A model generated the notes under the pieces. It ran no database searches, was not told the DNA's origin, and was given only the letters and a program-made list of their open reading frames with translations. This document shows, one piece after another, positions 26,559 through 38,852 of a stretch of DNA of 49,066 nucleotides. This DNA comes from Trichoplax sp. H2. Lineage: Eukaryota. The DNA is taken from the NCBI GenBank assembly GCA_003344405.1, contig NOWV01000001.1, positions 1,612,001-1,661,066 on the forward strand, in the 5' to 3' direction. The position numbers and the translations under genes are program-made. The first letter of the stretch is position 1. Each line of letters opens with the position of its first letter.

Positions 26559-29556
26559 ATGCCTATCCTGGTCAATAACGCAGAATTTTATCAACGATAC
26601 CGCCAGCAAATTGATGGCATTCGAAATTGTAACATTGCCAAGCTTCTCTTCAGTTTTTGCTGTTTTGCCAATTGTATCGCCATAGCAGTCTTAATTCGTT
26701 ATCACAATCAAGCCTTTATCGTCATCCCTTTCATCGGTAGTATTATTGTAAGTTGCAATGCTAGCGTAAGGAAATTGAAACGAACTGGATCATCAAATAT
26801 CATTTTCTTCTCCCCTATTTGCCAAAGTAAAACTTTTCCTATCATTTAGTGACGATAAAAGATTCACCAGTACTGTAGCTAGCATGGATGGCACTTTTCT
26901 TTCAGGCAGTTGACATCATTTAGGCTCAAAATGGCTTCTTCTTTATTACCGTAGATTGTTTAGTACACTATGCATTTCTTAGAAAGTTCGTTCAATTAAT
27001 CCTATGATCATAAAGTACAACTGTTATCAAAGTTGACTTGTATCCTCCATTGAACTCAACCTTACATAGTTCTCAAGCTCTTGATACAGTTATAAAAGAA
27101 CTGATTAGGATCGATAATTATTCTTAGCTCTAGAAATTGTTAGCTTGCAGTTAGTTAGCCAAACTCGAGTTGTAAATATTCAAACCAATAGATAATAGGT
27201 TGTCATGAGACGCCTAATTTTACCTTACCATTGTAGTTTTTAACATATACAAAGCCATTTTACGCCAGTATTCGTTATACGACACAATTGCCTTAGGTCA
27301 TTTCTTGAATATACTTTGTTATTCCAACACTTAATTACTGTAATACCAAGGTCTATATCTTGAATCAAAAATATGATCTATTTCAGTTGGTAAAGTAGAT
27401 TACATTCTGTTCGACATCGATGGGAAGTTTCTATCAATTTTTATATTAGGCTACCGATCGTTCGACGATACTTTTCTTCATTAATTTTAATTTTATAACC
27501 CTTTAAGATTTTTATTTCTCTGTGCGTGTCGATGTGCTGTGGTAATAATACGTGTATACTATACTTTATGGTGGCATGAATTAATAATTTCTACCGTAAG
27601 AGATGAATGTTTGCAGCTCAAATGAAAGTCATAATCATTTGTAAATGAGAAATCTATAAATTCAAATTGGTATCAGGAACTACTTTTACATAGTCCTAGA
27701 CAAAACATCTAATTTAAAGGAGTCTAGCGATTGAAACGTTTAAATATCTATCAACCTTAAGATAATGTCAAATGAACGATATTCAATACGGAGTAATGTT
27801 ATCTATTTCATTCTCGTCGTCTAATCATTCTAGGCTTTTGGTTCATCAATTTTGAACATTGTCACATTTAGCTCAGAACAGCGAATTGCTACATTCACCA
27901 AAAATGTAAGTATTTTCGAACAATATTATTTACCAGTTTCAATTTTACCTTCTATCTAACTATCCGTGCCATCAAATAAAACGATACCGAGTTTATTTTT
28001 GCTATATTAATGGATATTTTCTCCTTACCCATTTTTCACTCGAAAAGAATAATAATAATAATATTGCTTAGCATATACGCGTATATTATTTCTCGCTTTC
28101 AATTTCCTTGACAGAAAGCATTATAAATTTTTTAATGATGATGAGACGGTATTGATAGTTTTTGAAGATGAGAAGCAATGTGCTTCTCTTCAAAATGGAT
28201 GACTTTATTGTTAGTTTTGATATTTAGTATGCAATTAGATTGATTTCACAATAGCTATGGTGCGATACCAACCTTACATGCCCTTAATTTAGTCCACGCT
28301 TGTTGATTAATTTCCTCTTTTTTTTGCAATCTTGTGGTTATACGAGTATTTCCATTAACTTAGGCATAAAATGCTAATTCTACTGTAGATACAAAATTTC
28401 TCCCTAGTTAGCGTAGTCAGATCTCAATGTAGACGCATATTACTTTATCGAGTACAGTAAAGTGCACTAAAGAAGCTTTTCCTTGGTCAGCATTGAATCC
28501 CTGTATGAATTGATTCGTAACAACCGTATAAATTCGTTAATAGACAGTAAAATAGGAAGAAAATAAATTTTCAAATGTTGCTCTTTCACCTTGGTAACTG
28601 GCTTAGCGATTTTTACTCATATTGGAGATATCGTAGGCGCATTCTCGCAATTCTACTTGGACTTTAAGATCTACTCCCAACCACTTGACTCAATTTCTTA
28701 GACAGTTTCAGTTATTAGGGTTGATTATTAATTAGTACTATATTTAAATGTTTTCGTTAGCATTACTGATAGCCATTGGGACCCATATTCAGTCAAGAAA
28801 GACTGCTGATCCTACTGCCAACGCCCAGTTCTATGTAGCAACTTACAGTACAATGCTATAGTTTCTTACTGAGAACACTCATACATTTATCCTATCTTTT
28901 ATGCCTTTAAACAATTTGATGGTTTAAAATCTTAATTTTTGAGTAATAACGACATATCTTTACTTTTATGACGTGTTCATTAGCCTGTAGGATACAGATA
29001 TGGCGTGTCTTTTTCTGATATACCTATTGCAGTTGCCTTTGGCATGTATATCTATCTTTCAATTGTGACAAGTTCATCCTATGCTGCGATCAGAGCTCCA
29101 ATTATTAGTTTCACTGTTTTGGCCTTATTGGTACTCCTAATGTCAACTGCTTATGAAATCACTATGAAAAGAATAGTCGCTTTTGCGATCGTAAGTTTTA
29201 TTTTAATTAGACTATATCGCGGAAATTAGCAGCTGTAAAAATTAAATTCCATATTTTGTTCTAAATTTACATAGGTGCATTCGTCTATACCTACAACTGT
29301 AGTACCAGGCGCTACTGTAGCTGTCACCCAGACTGCTTATCCTCCGAACTACCCACCCAATCAGTTTACCAATCAGTATACCAATCAGTATAGTGCCAAT
29401 TATGGTCAACAGTATCCTCCACCAGCCGGCCAGGTACCACAAGGCATGATAGCTCCATCCACAGCGAATATGCAGTCATACCCTGCTTCACCATCACAAT
29501 TGCCACCAACATACACTGATGTCCAGAAACAGGCACCACCACCGGATACAAAATAA
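26559..29556 (+). CDS. Gene E: four-TM family protein, 249 aa, Pro/Gln/Tyr-rich tail with PPNY and PPTY
   Basis: Exons 26559-26747 (MPILVNNAEFYQRYRQQIDGIRNCNIAKLLFSF...IPFIGSII|gtaagt), 27834-27905 (AFGSSILNIVTFSSEQRIATFTKN|gtaagt), 28984-29190 (PVGYRYGVSFSDIPIAVAFGMYIYL...FAI|gtaagt) and 29275-29556 (VHSSIP...YPPNYPP...LPPTYTDVQKQAPPPDTK*). A poly-T acceptor at ~26510 suggests a 5' UTR intron. Confidence 0.9.
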
Positions 29557-30986
29557 GAATGTAATATTCTTCGAAATCATGTGACAATTCATTGATATCT
29601 TTCGGATGTAATGTTCTACAAATTATGAATTAGGATAGGAAAGATATTTCTGGATTCTCTCGACGTTTCTAAAAGTATTTGGAAACCTTAAATATTCTAC
29701 TGAGGAGCCATAATATTCATTACGATATAATATATTGTGTTGTTTGTAGTATTTTCTAGCTTCTGTTAGAATAACCTAAATATACGTATAAGCTGGTGCC
29801 TTTTACTCGGTATTAGAAGTGTTCTATATCGGGTCACTAATTTATTATTACAAGTAATCATACTAGTATATTTAAGCTACTAAAATCGTTATGTTAAAAT
29901 GTTTGATTTTCTTCTGCCGGTCTAACTTTCTACATATATAGTATACGATACTTTGAATATCTAATTAAAGGATGCGAAATCATTCTGAAAATCTGTAAAG
30001 ACAAAAGAGTGTCAGTATACTCATTGCGTAGATAAATTTGCCATTAAATGACATCTTATTAGTTCGCAGTTGATAGACGAGATCCTCACTACCTATTTTA
30101 ATTGCCATTTCTAAAGTACGCATATCTTCTGCTCATTGATCGGCTTTGCTATTTCAGTAGATGGCATACTAACAAAGAATGTTAAACACAAGTATGGCAG
30201 CTATTAAGTTGTCGCGGTAATCACCTTACTAAACCAGCCATGCGGCTATTAACATTAACAAGATAAAGCACTACTACTGTTAGTTGTACCTCGCATATTG
30301 CTATATCATTTACTGGCTAAAAATTGGTTATTTACTCATTTTATTTAACGGTAAATACAATGTCCAAGGCCAAGGATAGTCGTGGAAGGGAGAAAAATGA
30401 TTGGAGCAATTTGCTTTTAATGGGTTCACCTTATATGCAGTTACCTTAAATTTGATAATACGAGTAGTAACAACTGGTTCAATTGAATACGCTTATAATA
30501 AGAGCATAATGCTTGATGCCAAACTGAATACTTTTACTGGCACGTAATGAAACTATGACGATGAACTGCAACTTTGATGAAGCAAGAATATTGTATATTT
30601 ATCAGTAGTATTTACAATTAGTCGAGATTCGGCATTTCGCATAACCTACAATTCATTGCAGTCTACTGTAGCAAGGGTTAACAAAGGTGCGCGCAAATTT
30701 ATTGTACACAGTCGTCCGCGACGAAACAACGACTTAAATAAAGCATGCAAGGAGCACACTTTCATATAATTGATTCTAAGCGGGGTATTCATATACGTCT
30801 AGGTGCACTAGCTGTTATGTAAAATATACGATATAAAGTAAGTATATATCAGTCATGGATATTAGAAATTTATATAATTATATAACTATGCTCGTAAAGG
30901 TATAATCTAATTTTAAAGCCTTAACAGTTCTAGGCAGTTTAAACTACCTAGAGCTACTATCTGAAATGTAATAGTAATAATTGTTA

Positions 30987-33900
30987 GATACGGTACTGAT
31001 GGTAGTTTAGACGTAGTTATAGATCTTTCATTATACATTTACTAGTGATATACGTAATACGGTATTGCGGTATGAGATAGCTGCATATTATTGTACACGC
31101 TGTTCTTACCTATTTACAGCACTAGTTGAGATATCAGTATAATAAGTTAGAGTAAAGTTAAAAGGTCTATGATAGGTCTAAAGTAAATCGTTAGGGATAA
31201 GCAGGTCATTATTTAATTCTATTTATTTAAGGCAGGGAGTGAGTGTAAGAGAATAGGTACATAGCTGTGAGCTTCTCTGTAAAAGCTACTAGCCGTGATG
31301 TATAATCACAAATAAAAACTCGTTACAGTAATAGTTATACCTGCCGGAAATTGGCCGCGAACAACAACTACAATAGTTGTAGTTGTCTGGACTTTTATTA
31401 GACAGTAGCCTACAGAAGCAGCAACAGTTAGTAATAAAAGTCCTGGCAGTACAGCTCTGAAGAAAACTATATAAGGTTACAGCGTATATAAGGACGTGAA
31501 CTAATCAAATAGCTATAGTAAAGTGAAATAGGTAAAGTGCGCAAGCTTATCGTGTATATGGCGGAACTAACTAACAAGACAAATGTATAAATATAGCTAT
31601 TATAATGTAGGAAGCAAAACGAAGGAAAATATTCATAAACGCTAATGAGTAATGAGAATAGCTTACTTCTATATAAGGAGATTTTTACTGTACAATGGGA
31701 TTAGAGCATAAAGTGATTTTCACAATATAAGTTGCTAAGTATAGATCATACATATAAGGAGTTAAGTAAGAAGACAAGATTGATATCGTTTGTTTAAGTT
31801 AGAGCTGTGAATTGCTTACAGAATCATCGTATGACTAATGAATCGTTACGATAACAAATTTATTTTATAGGTTAGATACATAACTACTTGATCAGCCAAT
31901 TTTAGGAATCTAAACATCGAAAGTTGATCGCTTTTTATACTTATAACCGAGAATTTAATAAAAGAGTTCTGTAATATTGGGTAGCAGTTTTAAAATTATC
32001 TCTCTCTGATTACCAGGATCAATTAGTGAATTTGTCAGTAAGCATGCAGCAATTGGCTCTTCTACGATTCATATGTTCAATACAATAACAAGCAATAGGT
32101 TCTTATTATTACATAAGTGTAAAGGTTTACTTGATCTCAGATCAAAATTACTTGCGAAAAGTTTAGCAGTGATATTGTGTATTAAGACTACACTTACTGA
32201 AGTATCTATAGATACTGAGGAGATAAAGCGAAATAGCGATTAATCTTTCATCGGTGGCTGCTTCTGTCGAAGCAAAAGTTGCGAAGTTACTAATCGTTAA
32301 TAGAGGCGAAGCACACGTAGAGTAGATATACGTCACTTTGTTAAAGATCACCGTATAGTATACAGTAAATACGTTGTATTGATTGTTTTACAGTAGATAA
32401 CTTGCCGTTATGGTTATAGGTTATAAAACTAATTCATTTTCCAGTAAGGACAAGTGAACTAATTAGTTAGATACCTAATCTATAACAGACCTCGACGGCC
32501 AGATCGTATTCTGATCAGAACTGATCTCGTGTTATATGCGTGCTGTAAAGTATTTTACAGTAGAATCCAAAGCTATACAGATTTAGGTCTAATAATATAC
32601 TACAGCAATATCGTTAGTTAGTATTAACTTCTAGTATATACTGTGTAGCCGCTCACAAATATAGATACAAGGTATAAAAACGAGTACTTTTATAATAAAG
32701 AGAGTTCATTATTTTACCGTTTACGTGTGTCGAGTCGATCTACATATATCGTTTCTTCTGTGAAACTTAAGGAAGAAGTTTCTAGTTGTCACGGAGAACT
32801 ACAGTGATCAAGATCAGTAGTTGGAGATAGAAAGAGACCCAGAAATATCTGCGATATACCTTTGTCGCATGTGTATATACATTTTGTTAGTGACGATATA
32901 CTAGTATCAAATTGGGTAAATTTACATTGAGAGAAGAATTACAAGAATTACCGGAAAGTTCAATTTAGCTGTATGATGATCACCGGCTTGCTCATTACGA
33001 GAATAGCTATTTTATTGGACCGAAAATGAATGATGGCAAGATCGTATTTTAAGCTGTACATAATTTACTAATGTAGAGGCTATTGTTACAAATATATTAC
33101 TTTAGATATTTTCTTAACAGAAAATTTGTAGTTTACATCACTCGTATACATGCTCATCATCATGTATACTATAACCTGTCATTATGCTGTAGTGTATAAT
33201 TCGTAGTAAAGAAATACATGAATGATATTGTTATTCCTGTGTAAGTGGAGAGGTGATCAATATCGGACCCTACAGTATTTTGCTTTCGTTGCAAAACACG
33301 GATACCCAATGATCACAATTATCAACAATAGTTGCTTAGATAACAACAAATCTTACCTCTTTTAAAACTACTTTATAATACCATACAAATTGAGTCGGGT
33401 GAATGAATCTATTGCTATATACACAGCAGGTGTAGTAAGTCGATTTTTAAGGGCCCACAATAAATCAGTCTAACTGGATTAAAAGCCGAATTGAGCTTTA
33501 TTACAATAAAAACCAGCCGTAACTGTAATTACAACAAACTATGAACAAGAAGAACTCTCGATCTACTCGTTGCATACGCTTATAGATCGTAGTGCATGAC
33601 CTATTTGGTAATAGTAGTAACGTTATCACGCTTCCAAGCGTTAAGCACGGACATTGAAAGAACATATTTTACCGGGACACGAGCAATAACTAATCGCATG
33701 AAAGTACGCAAGTATTATAGTCTACGGTAGTGGATATTCGTAATTCTATACTTAATTAAGAATTTAACTGAAGTACGAAACTCACGGCACTACATTCACC
33801 CCAGGCATCTAGAATTTGATAGCATTAATTCATATATAATTTTAGGAAATTCTATCTACAAATCTTTAGAATTGTACGATTCATTATTATACGTATAACA

Positions 33901-34570
33901 ATGACACATCACAATAATAACATTTAAATCACTGGCTATTACTAATGATCGTACAATAATCTAGACCAAGCATCAGCATTTCCGTTTTGCGCCCATTTTC
34001 GATATTGCATGGTAGTCATTGGCTCACGTAACCATAGGAATAAAGGTCCATTGCAAAATATGAGTAAAATAAGGAACTGTTACTCGGAATAACCAATAGT
34101 TTATTACAGTGAGTGTATATTCTCTTTCAAAAGGCGAACGTAGCAACGGCCCCGATAATACTCATGGCAAGCCTTGGAAACAGCTATCCGATAATAATAA
34201 TCGGTAATTGTTGTAATGGTACTTTGCCAGGTTTTGGTGTTACCCTTTGGCCAACATCGCAATCTTTACAATATGCTGCTAAAGTGGAAGACTGGTAGTG
34301 CAGGTTCATCGGTCAATCGCCTTAAAATCTTGAATTTTCGGCTACGGTGATTATGCTAACAGTCATTTCTTGTGAATCGGCTTTGGGGGAACCGCCTAAA
34401 ATCACGAGATCTCCGAATACGTCATTGAACCTTATTATACTGTACATCTGGATTACGTCATGGTACTTTATGAAATGGAGTTACAGTACGATCGAGGTGG
34501 TTTACACTGTAACTCAGCGATTTTGCACTGTTTTTTTTTTTACATACACTGTACAGTACAGTACAGTACA
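30987..34570 (+). repeat. Copy 1 of a diverged collinear segmental duplication (spacer between genes E and F)
   Basis: Ordered homologous anchors: 30987/44312 (GATACG.TACTGATGGTAGTTTAGA), 33241/46580 (GTAAGTGGAGAGGTGATCAATATCG), 34301/48481 (CAGGTTCATC), 34408/48995 (GATCTCCGAAT.CGTCATT), then CAGTA repeats at ~34550/49055. Confidence 0.8.
32874..33084 (+). repeat. 211-bp direct repeat, copy 1 (upstream of gene F)
   Basis: Near-identical, ungapped match to 38642-38852 (TATATACATTTTGTTAGTGACG...GTAGAGGCTATT) with about five substitutions. Confidence 0.92.
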
Positions 34571-34871
34571 GTACTGTACAGACTGTACTGTACTGTAGTC
34601 TACAGTGTATAGTGTACAGTACTGCAGGCCCTGCTACTGTATTGTACTGTAGTTCCCCATACTGTACAGTACAGTACAGTACAGTACTGTACAGTGTATA
34701 GTGTACAGTACGTTGATGAAACTGTGCTTCTGTAACACCGCAGAACCAATATGCCTGGCAGAAGGTAATTGACAATTTTTAACAGAATGAATTGATTCAT
34801 TGTGTTGAATTGTTACAGTGTACTGTACACTGTACAGTGCAACCAGCCTGTACCCTGTACTGTACAGTACT
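34547..34871. repeat. Low-complexity (CAGTA)n/(TACTG)n palindromic satellite upstream of gene F
   Basis: Runs such as GTACAGTACAGTACAGTACAGTACTGTACAGACTGTACTGTACTGTAG, with alternating orientations of the same pentamer. Confidence 0.88.
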
Positions 34872-34979
34872 GGAAGCGGTTATAAATAAGCACGAGAAGC
34901 GTCATTTCCGGTTGCTCCCGCAGCGCGCAACTTGGAAGACACCTTTTCTCTCGAATTTCTCCGACGCGATTGGACAAAA

Positions 34980-37661
34980 ATGGCTGATCAAGACGTTTCA
35001 CTGAATGAGCAATTCCGCAAACGTATTGCTGGCTATATGAAAGTCATTCTCATATGCAATAGTTGTAAATTAGTTTTATCGATTGGAGCTCTGGTCGTTG
35101 CAATTATGATGACAGTAAACTTTCCCTCCATAGCAGCATACTATCACGTGTTTCCGTTGGCCGGTGCTTCAGTGGTAAGTGTTCGCCATCGTTACCATGC
35201 GTATTACGGTAGTTGACCGTGACGATAATGGCGTCATAGTGATGGTGCAATAGTACAGTACAATAACGGATCCACCAACAGCTACCTACCTTGAACTTAC
35301 TGCAAGTGATCAAACTCATTGGCAAAACTACAGTGCAGCAGGAATATGGCTTGCATTCTTTTTGTGAATTTCATTTCACATAAAATGGAATTTTGCCTTT
35401 TTCCTTGCATTTTTTTAGAAGCATTACGAGTACGCGTGTATATGTCATATATACTCAGCACAATTGGTGCCAATGACTGGACATGATTCACTTTGAGATG
35501 TTATGTTTTCAATTACTTGGCGTGGCTGTATAGAGTGTTAGGATCATATCGGATATAGCACAGTACTGTACTTTAGATATGAGTATAGGATTTGATTTGA
35601 GCCAACTGACTGTAAAGTGAGTAATTTAGACTTGAATTTGAAATAAATATGGATAATATACAATAGATATGTTCATATATACTGTAGATATATCTATATC
35701 TAGATATTAATTTACAGATTAGCATGCTTGCAATGATTTCGCAAAGGACTCTTTCCTCGGCTTATATAACGGGACTCTTTGCAGTCCTTGTGAAATGCGA
35801 TGTTTATTGGTCTGTGTGTGCTTCAAATTCCATGGTGCGGATACAATGCTGGTCTAAATTCTGTCATAGGACGGCTCTCTTTGATGTTGGACCTTTAATA
35901 ATTAAGCTAATAAAGTACTTAACCTTAGTTAAATCGTCTTTGTTAGTTTTTTCTAAAAGTCTCTACAATAATTTACTCAACCGAGCGGTGCAAACCCGAT
36001 TTGGACTAAATCGGCTATGCGCCGCTCGGTTTTTCACTGATCTTCACCATGAAATACAGTACTACATCGGTAGGACTGTTTCAGCGAAGTGTACAATGAA
36101 TTTAGCGCAAAACAAATGGGGCTAATGCTAATCTACTCATATCTCTCTATACTGGACACTGAGTGTGCAGTACAGTACTGTATGTATGTTTTATTACTAT
36201 ATTTTGCGTTTCAGATTCGATCGCTAACAAATGTTGGAACAGTCTACTGTACTCTACAGTGTACAGGATATTGCAAGTTTAAAATATACCTGAGTTTATA
36301 CTACTAAGCGGACATGGTTAATTAATTTAGGATATTCATATAGATACTTTACCGTTTCCATGTCTTTCTTTTTAGTAATCTTTGATGTGTATTCCATTGT
36401 AACATGATTCTGCTAGTAGTAAATGAAGCAACAGACCAAATTACATACAAAACACTGGTACATTAGGATGGACGTGGCAGTCTGTTTTGCTGACTCCGAA
36501 TATTTCAAGCAAATTGCCCCTACCTACAGTGTAGTACAATTGTTGCATATACATTGCAATCAGAATAGATGTCAGCTGATACGCAACTATTAGCTCATCA
36601 AGCAAAGGAAGCACGAATGACATTTTAGTAAGAAAGCAATTTCTATACTCTGGTACAGTATTTCATGGCATATTTATTTAATTATCATTTTTTACGGGTT
36701 AATCGTCATGACTACATACAATACTGTACATGCACTAGTTCCGTAGATAACAACAGTCATAGCTTCCTTGATGCCAGTAAATCTATAATGCTTACGGGGT
36801 TTTGTCTAAATATGAAACGGGATTTACCCGACTACTGTTATCTTACTGTGAACTATTGTACTGTACAATGTACAGTAGATCCAGCCATTTTGAAATTTAG
36901 TCTTTCGTACACCTCGCTGAAACTACGCTGCCGATGCATTATGTCCACTGACCGTATGTGTATTCCCTCTTAAATTGCAATCTTTTAAAATTTTTTCTCG
37001 CAGAGTTGTTATTATCTATTTGGTATCAATAGCTAGTCTTGACGTAACGTGCAGTCATTGCAATTCTCGGATTTTCATCAACTTTTTTCGTCAATTGTTA
37101 ATTTTTAGACAATCTTCGCTTCAGCCGCTGTTGTATATGTGTTCATTTCGGAAGAAAGAAAAGAGCATTTCATCAGTAATGTAAGAATGTCAATATAATG
37201 TAAACTAGCTATCACAACATTTACATCTAACCGTAAATTGATGTATCTTGCAAATCTGATAGGTAAACCTATACCTCGTAGGAACAACTGCAGGCGAGAT
37301 ACCGATGGCTATCGCATTTGCTGTAAATTTGCATTATATTTCTACTTCTTATTTGGACAATACACTGGCTGTAGTGTACGCTGGCATTTATGCCCCTATA
37401 TCATCTTGTATAGTTGGAACTTCGATATGGATGCAAAGAGTTAAAGCTGTCAAATGGGTAAGTCGTTTTTGATGCGATTGTAAATCAAAACGGTCTACAA
37501 AACTTGAATCGAATTGTGAACATTTTTTGTACATATTTAATAATATAATCATAATCCCTCCGTAGCTCATGCTGACTAGTTCGGTCAGGAATACTGCTTC
37601 TGCAACTGCCGATCGATTCCCGCCAGGATATGGGTTTAGTACTTCTTCGCCTTCTGTCTAA
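34980..37661 (+). CDS. Gene F: four-TM family protein, 185 aa, short tail with PPGY
   Basis: Exons 34980-35174 (MADQDVSLNEQFRKRIAGYMKVILICNSCKLVLSIG...FPLAGASV|gtaagt), 37109-37180 (TIFASAAVVYVFISEERKEHFISN|gtaaga), 37263-37457 (VNLYLVGTTAGEIPMAIAFAV...AVKW|gtaagt) and 37566-37661 (LMLTSSVRNTASATADRFPPGYGFSTSSPSV*). All phase 0; exons 2-4 are absent from the ORF track. Confidence 0.85.
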
Positions 37662-38641
37662 CGGAATTTATATTTTATCTATCGACTCATTCATTGCTTG
37701 TTAATGCTAAGTTTTGAATCATTTCTATGCTGATCAATTAATCAGCGTATAAATATCCAAAGCTTACGAATATGATTTGTTAACGTAGAAATGATTTTTC
37801 ATATTATAACTTGCATCACATTTTGTTTGAAAAATCATGCATAGTACTATATGTATTTTTGGCCGTACCACGTTAAATCGCTATAGAAAGATCATCAATC
37901 TTATGGATTTTGCCTTGCGAAATAAGGACATTTAATAACTTTTTACCGTTGTAGTTTTACTCGTAGTTAATGTAGTACGATCCGTTGATTAGTTATTTCA
38001 TGATAAAGAAAAGCCATATGCGCATGTAGGCGCTTTACTTTTGGTCTTGATATTATTCTCCTATATTACAATAAAATCGACATGTTCAATATTCATAACA
38101 GCGTGAATAGCAGCATTATAAAATGTACTGCATTATGTACAGTACATTGATAAAATATATTATATTACCTCCGTACTTCGGAGCATTGAGTCTACTAGTC
38201 TTCGTAATTTGCATAGGAACCAGTCGAACCCTTGCTCGTGATACTTGATATTCTATATGCTTGTATTGTAGTTTTACTTTACAGTACATATTACTGTCAC
38301 TACTGCACCATGACAGATTAGTTGTATAGCCTTAAAAATGAAGTTGCAATCGTAATTATGTAAGTCTCGGTTTGAAGTAATTTAATGAGGATTTACTATC
38401 CATACTATACCACCACAAGCGACCCTGTTACGCACCTAGCTTTATAGATGTGGGTGCGCTTTATACGGCCAAACAGAGAGTAGGTGTATGCCAGAAACAC
38501 AATGTTGCAGCGCTTGACGTTGCTTAAATTTATTGTAATTTAATATGCGATATACTAAAATTATATGTAGAAATTTCTATGTGCAATTAGTGGACGTTAC
38601 TTTAAAATTAGGCCGATAATGCTACGCGGGTTGTATACATA

Positions 38642-38852
38642 TATATACATTTTGTTAGTGACGATATACTAGTATCAAATTGGGTAAATTTACATTGAGA
38701 GAAGAATTACAAGGATTACCGGAAAGTTCAATTTAGCTGTATGATGATCATCGGCTTGCTCATTACGAGAATAGCTATTTTATTGGACTGAAAATGAATG
38801 ATGGCAAGATCTTATTTTAAGCTATACATAATTTACTAATGTAGAGGCTATT
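38642..38852 (+). repeat. 211-bp direct repeat, copy 2 (downstream of gene F)
   Basis: Near-identical to 32874-33084. Confidence 0.92.

Noticed and set aside
29242-29587. Minus-strand ORFs over gene E exon 4 (likewise 8541-8747 over gene B)
   Set aside because: Antisense shadows of real coding exons.
34347-35004. Several overlapping Tyr/Cys/Thr/Val-rich ORFs
   Set aside because: Artefacts of the stop-poor CAGTA/TACTG satellite.
35718-36125. 133-aa ORF and a possible 72-nt alternative exon 2 of gene F (35718-35789)
   Set aside because: Weak donor (gtgaaa) and no similarity to family exon 2, whereas 37109-37180 matches in length, sequence and splice signals.
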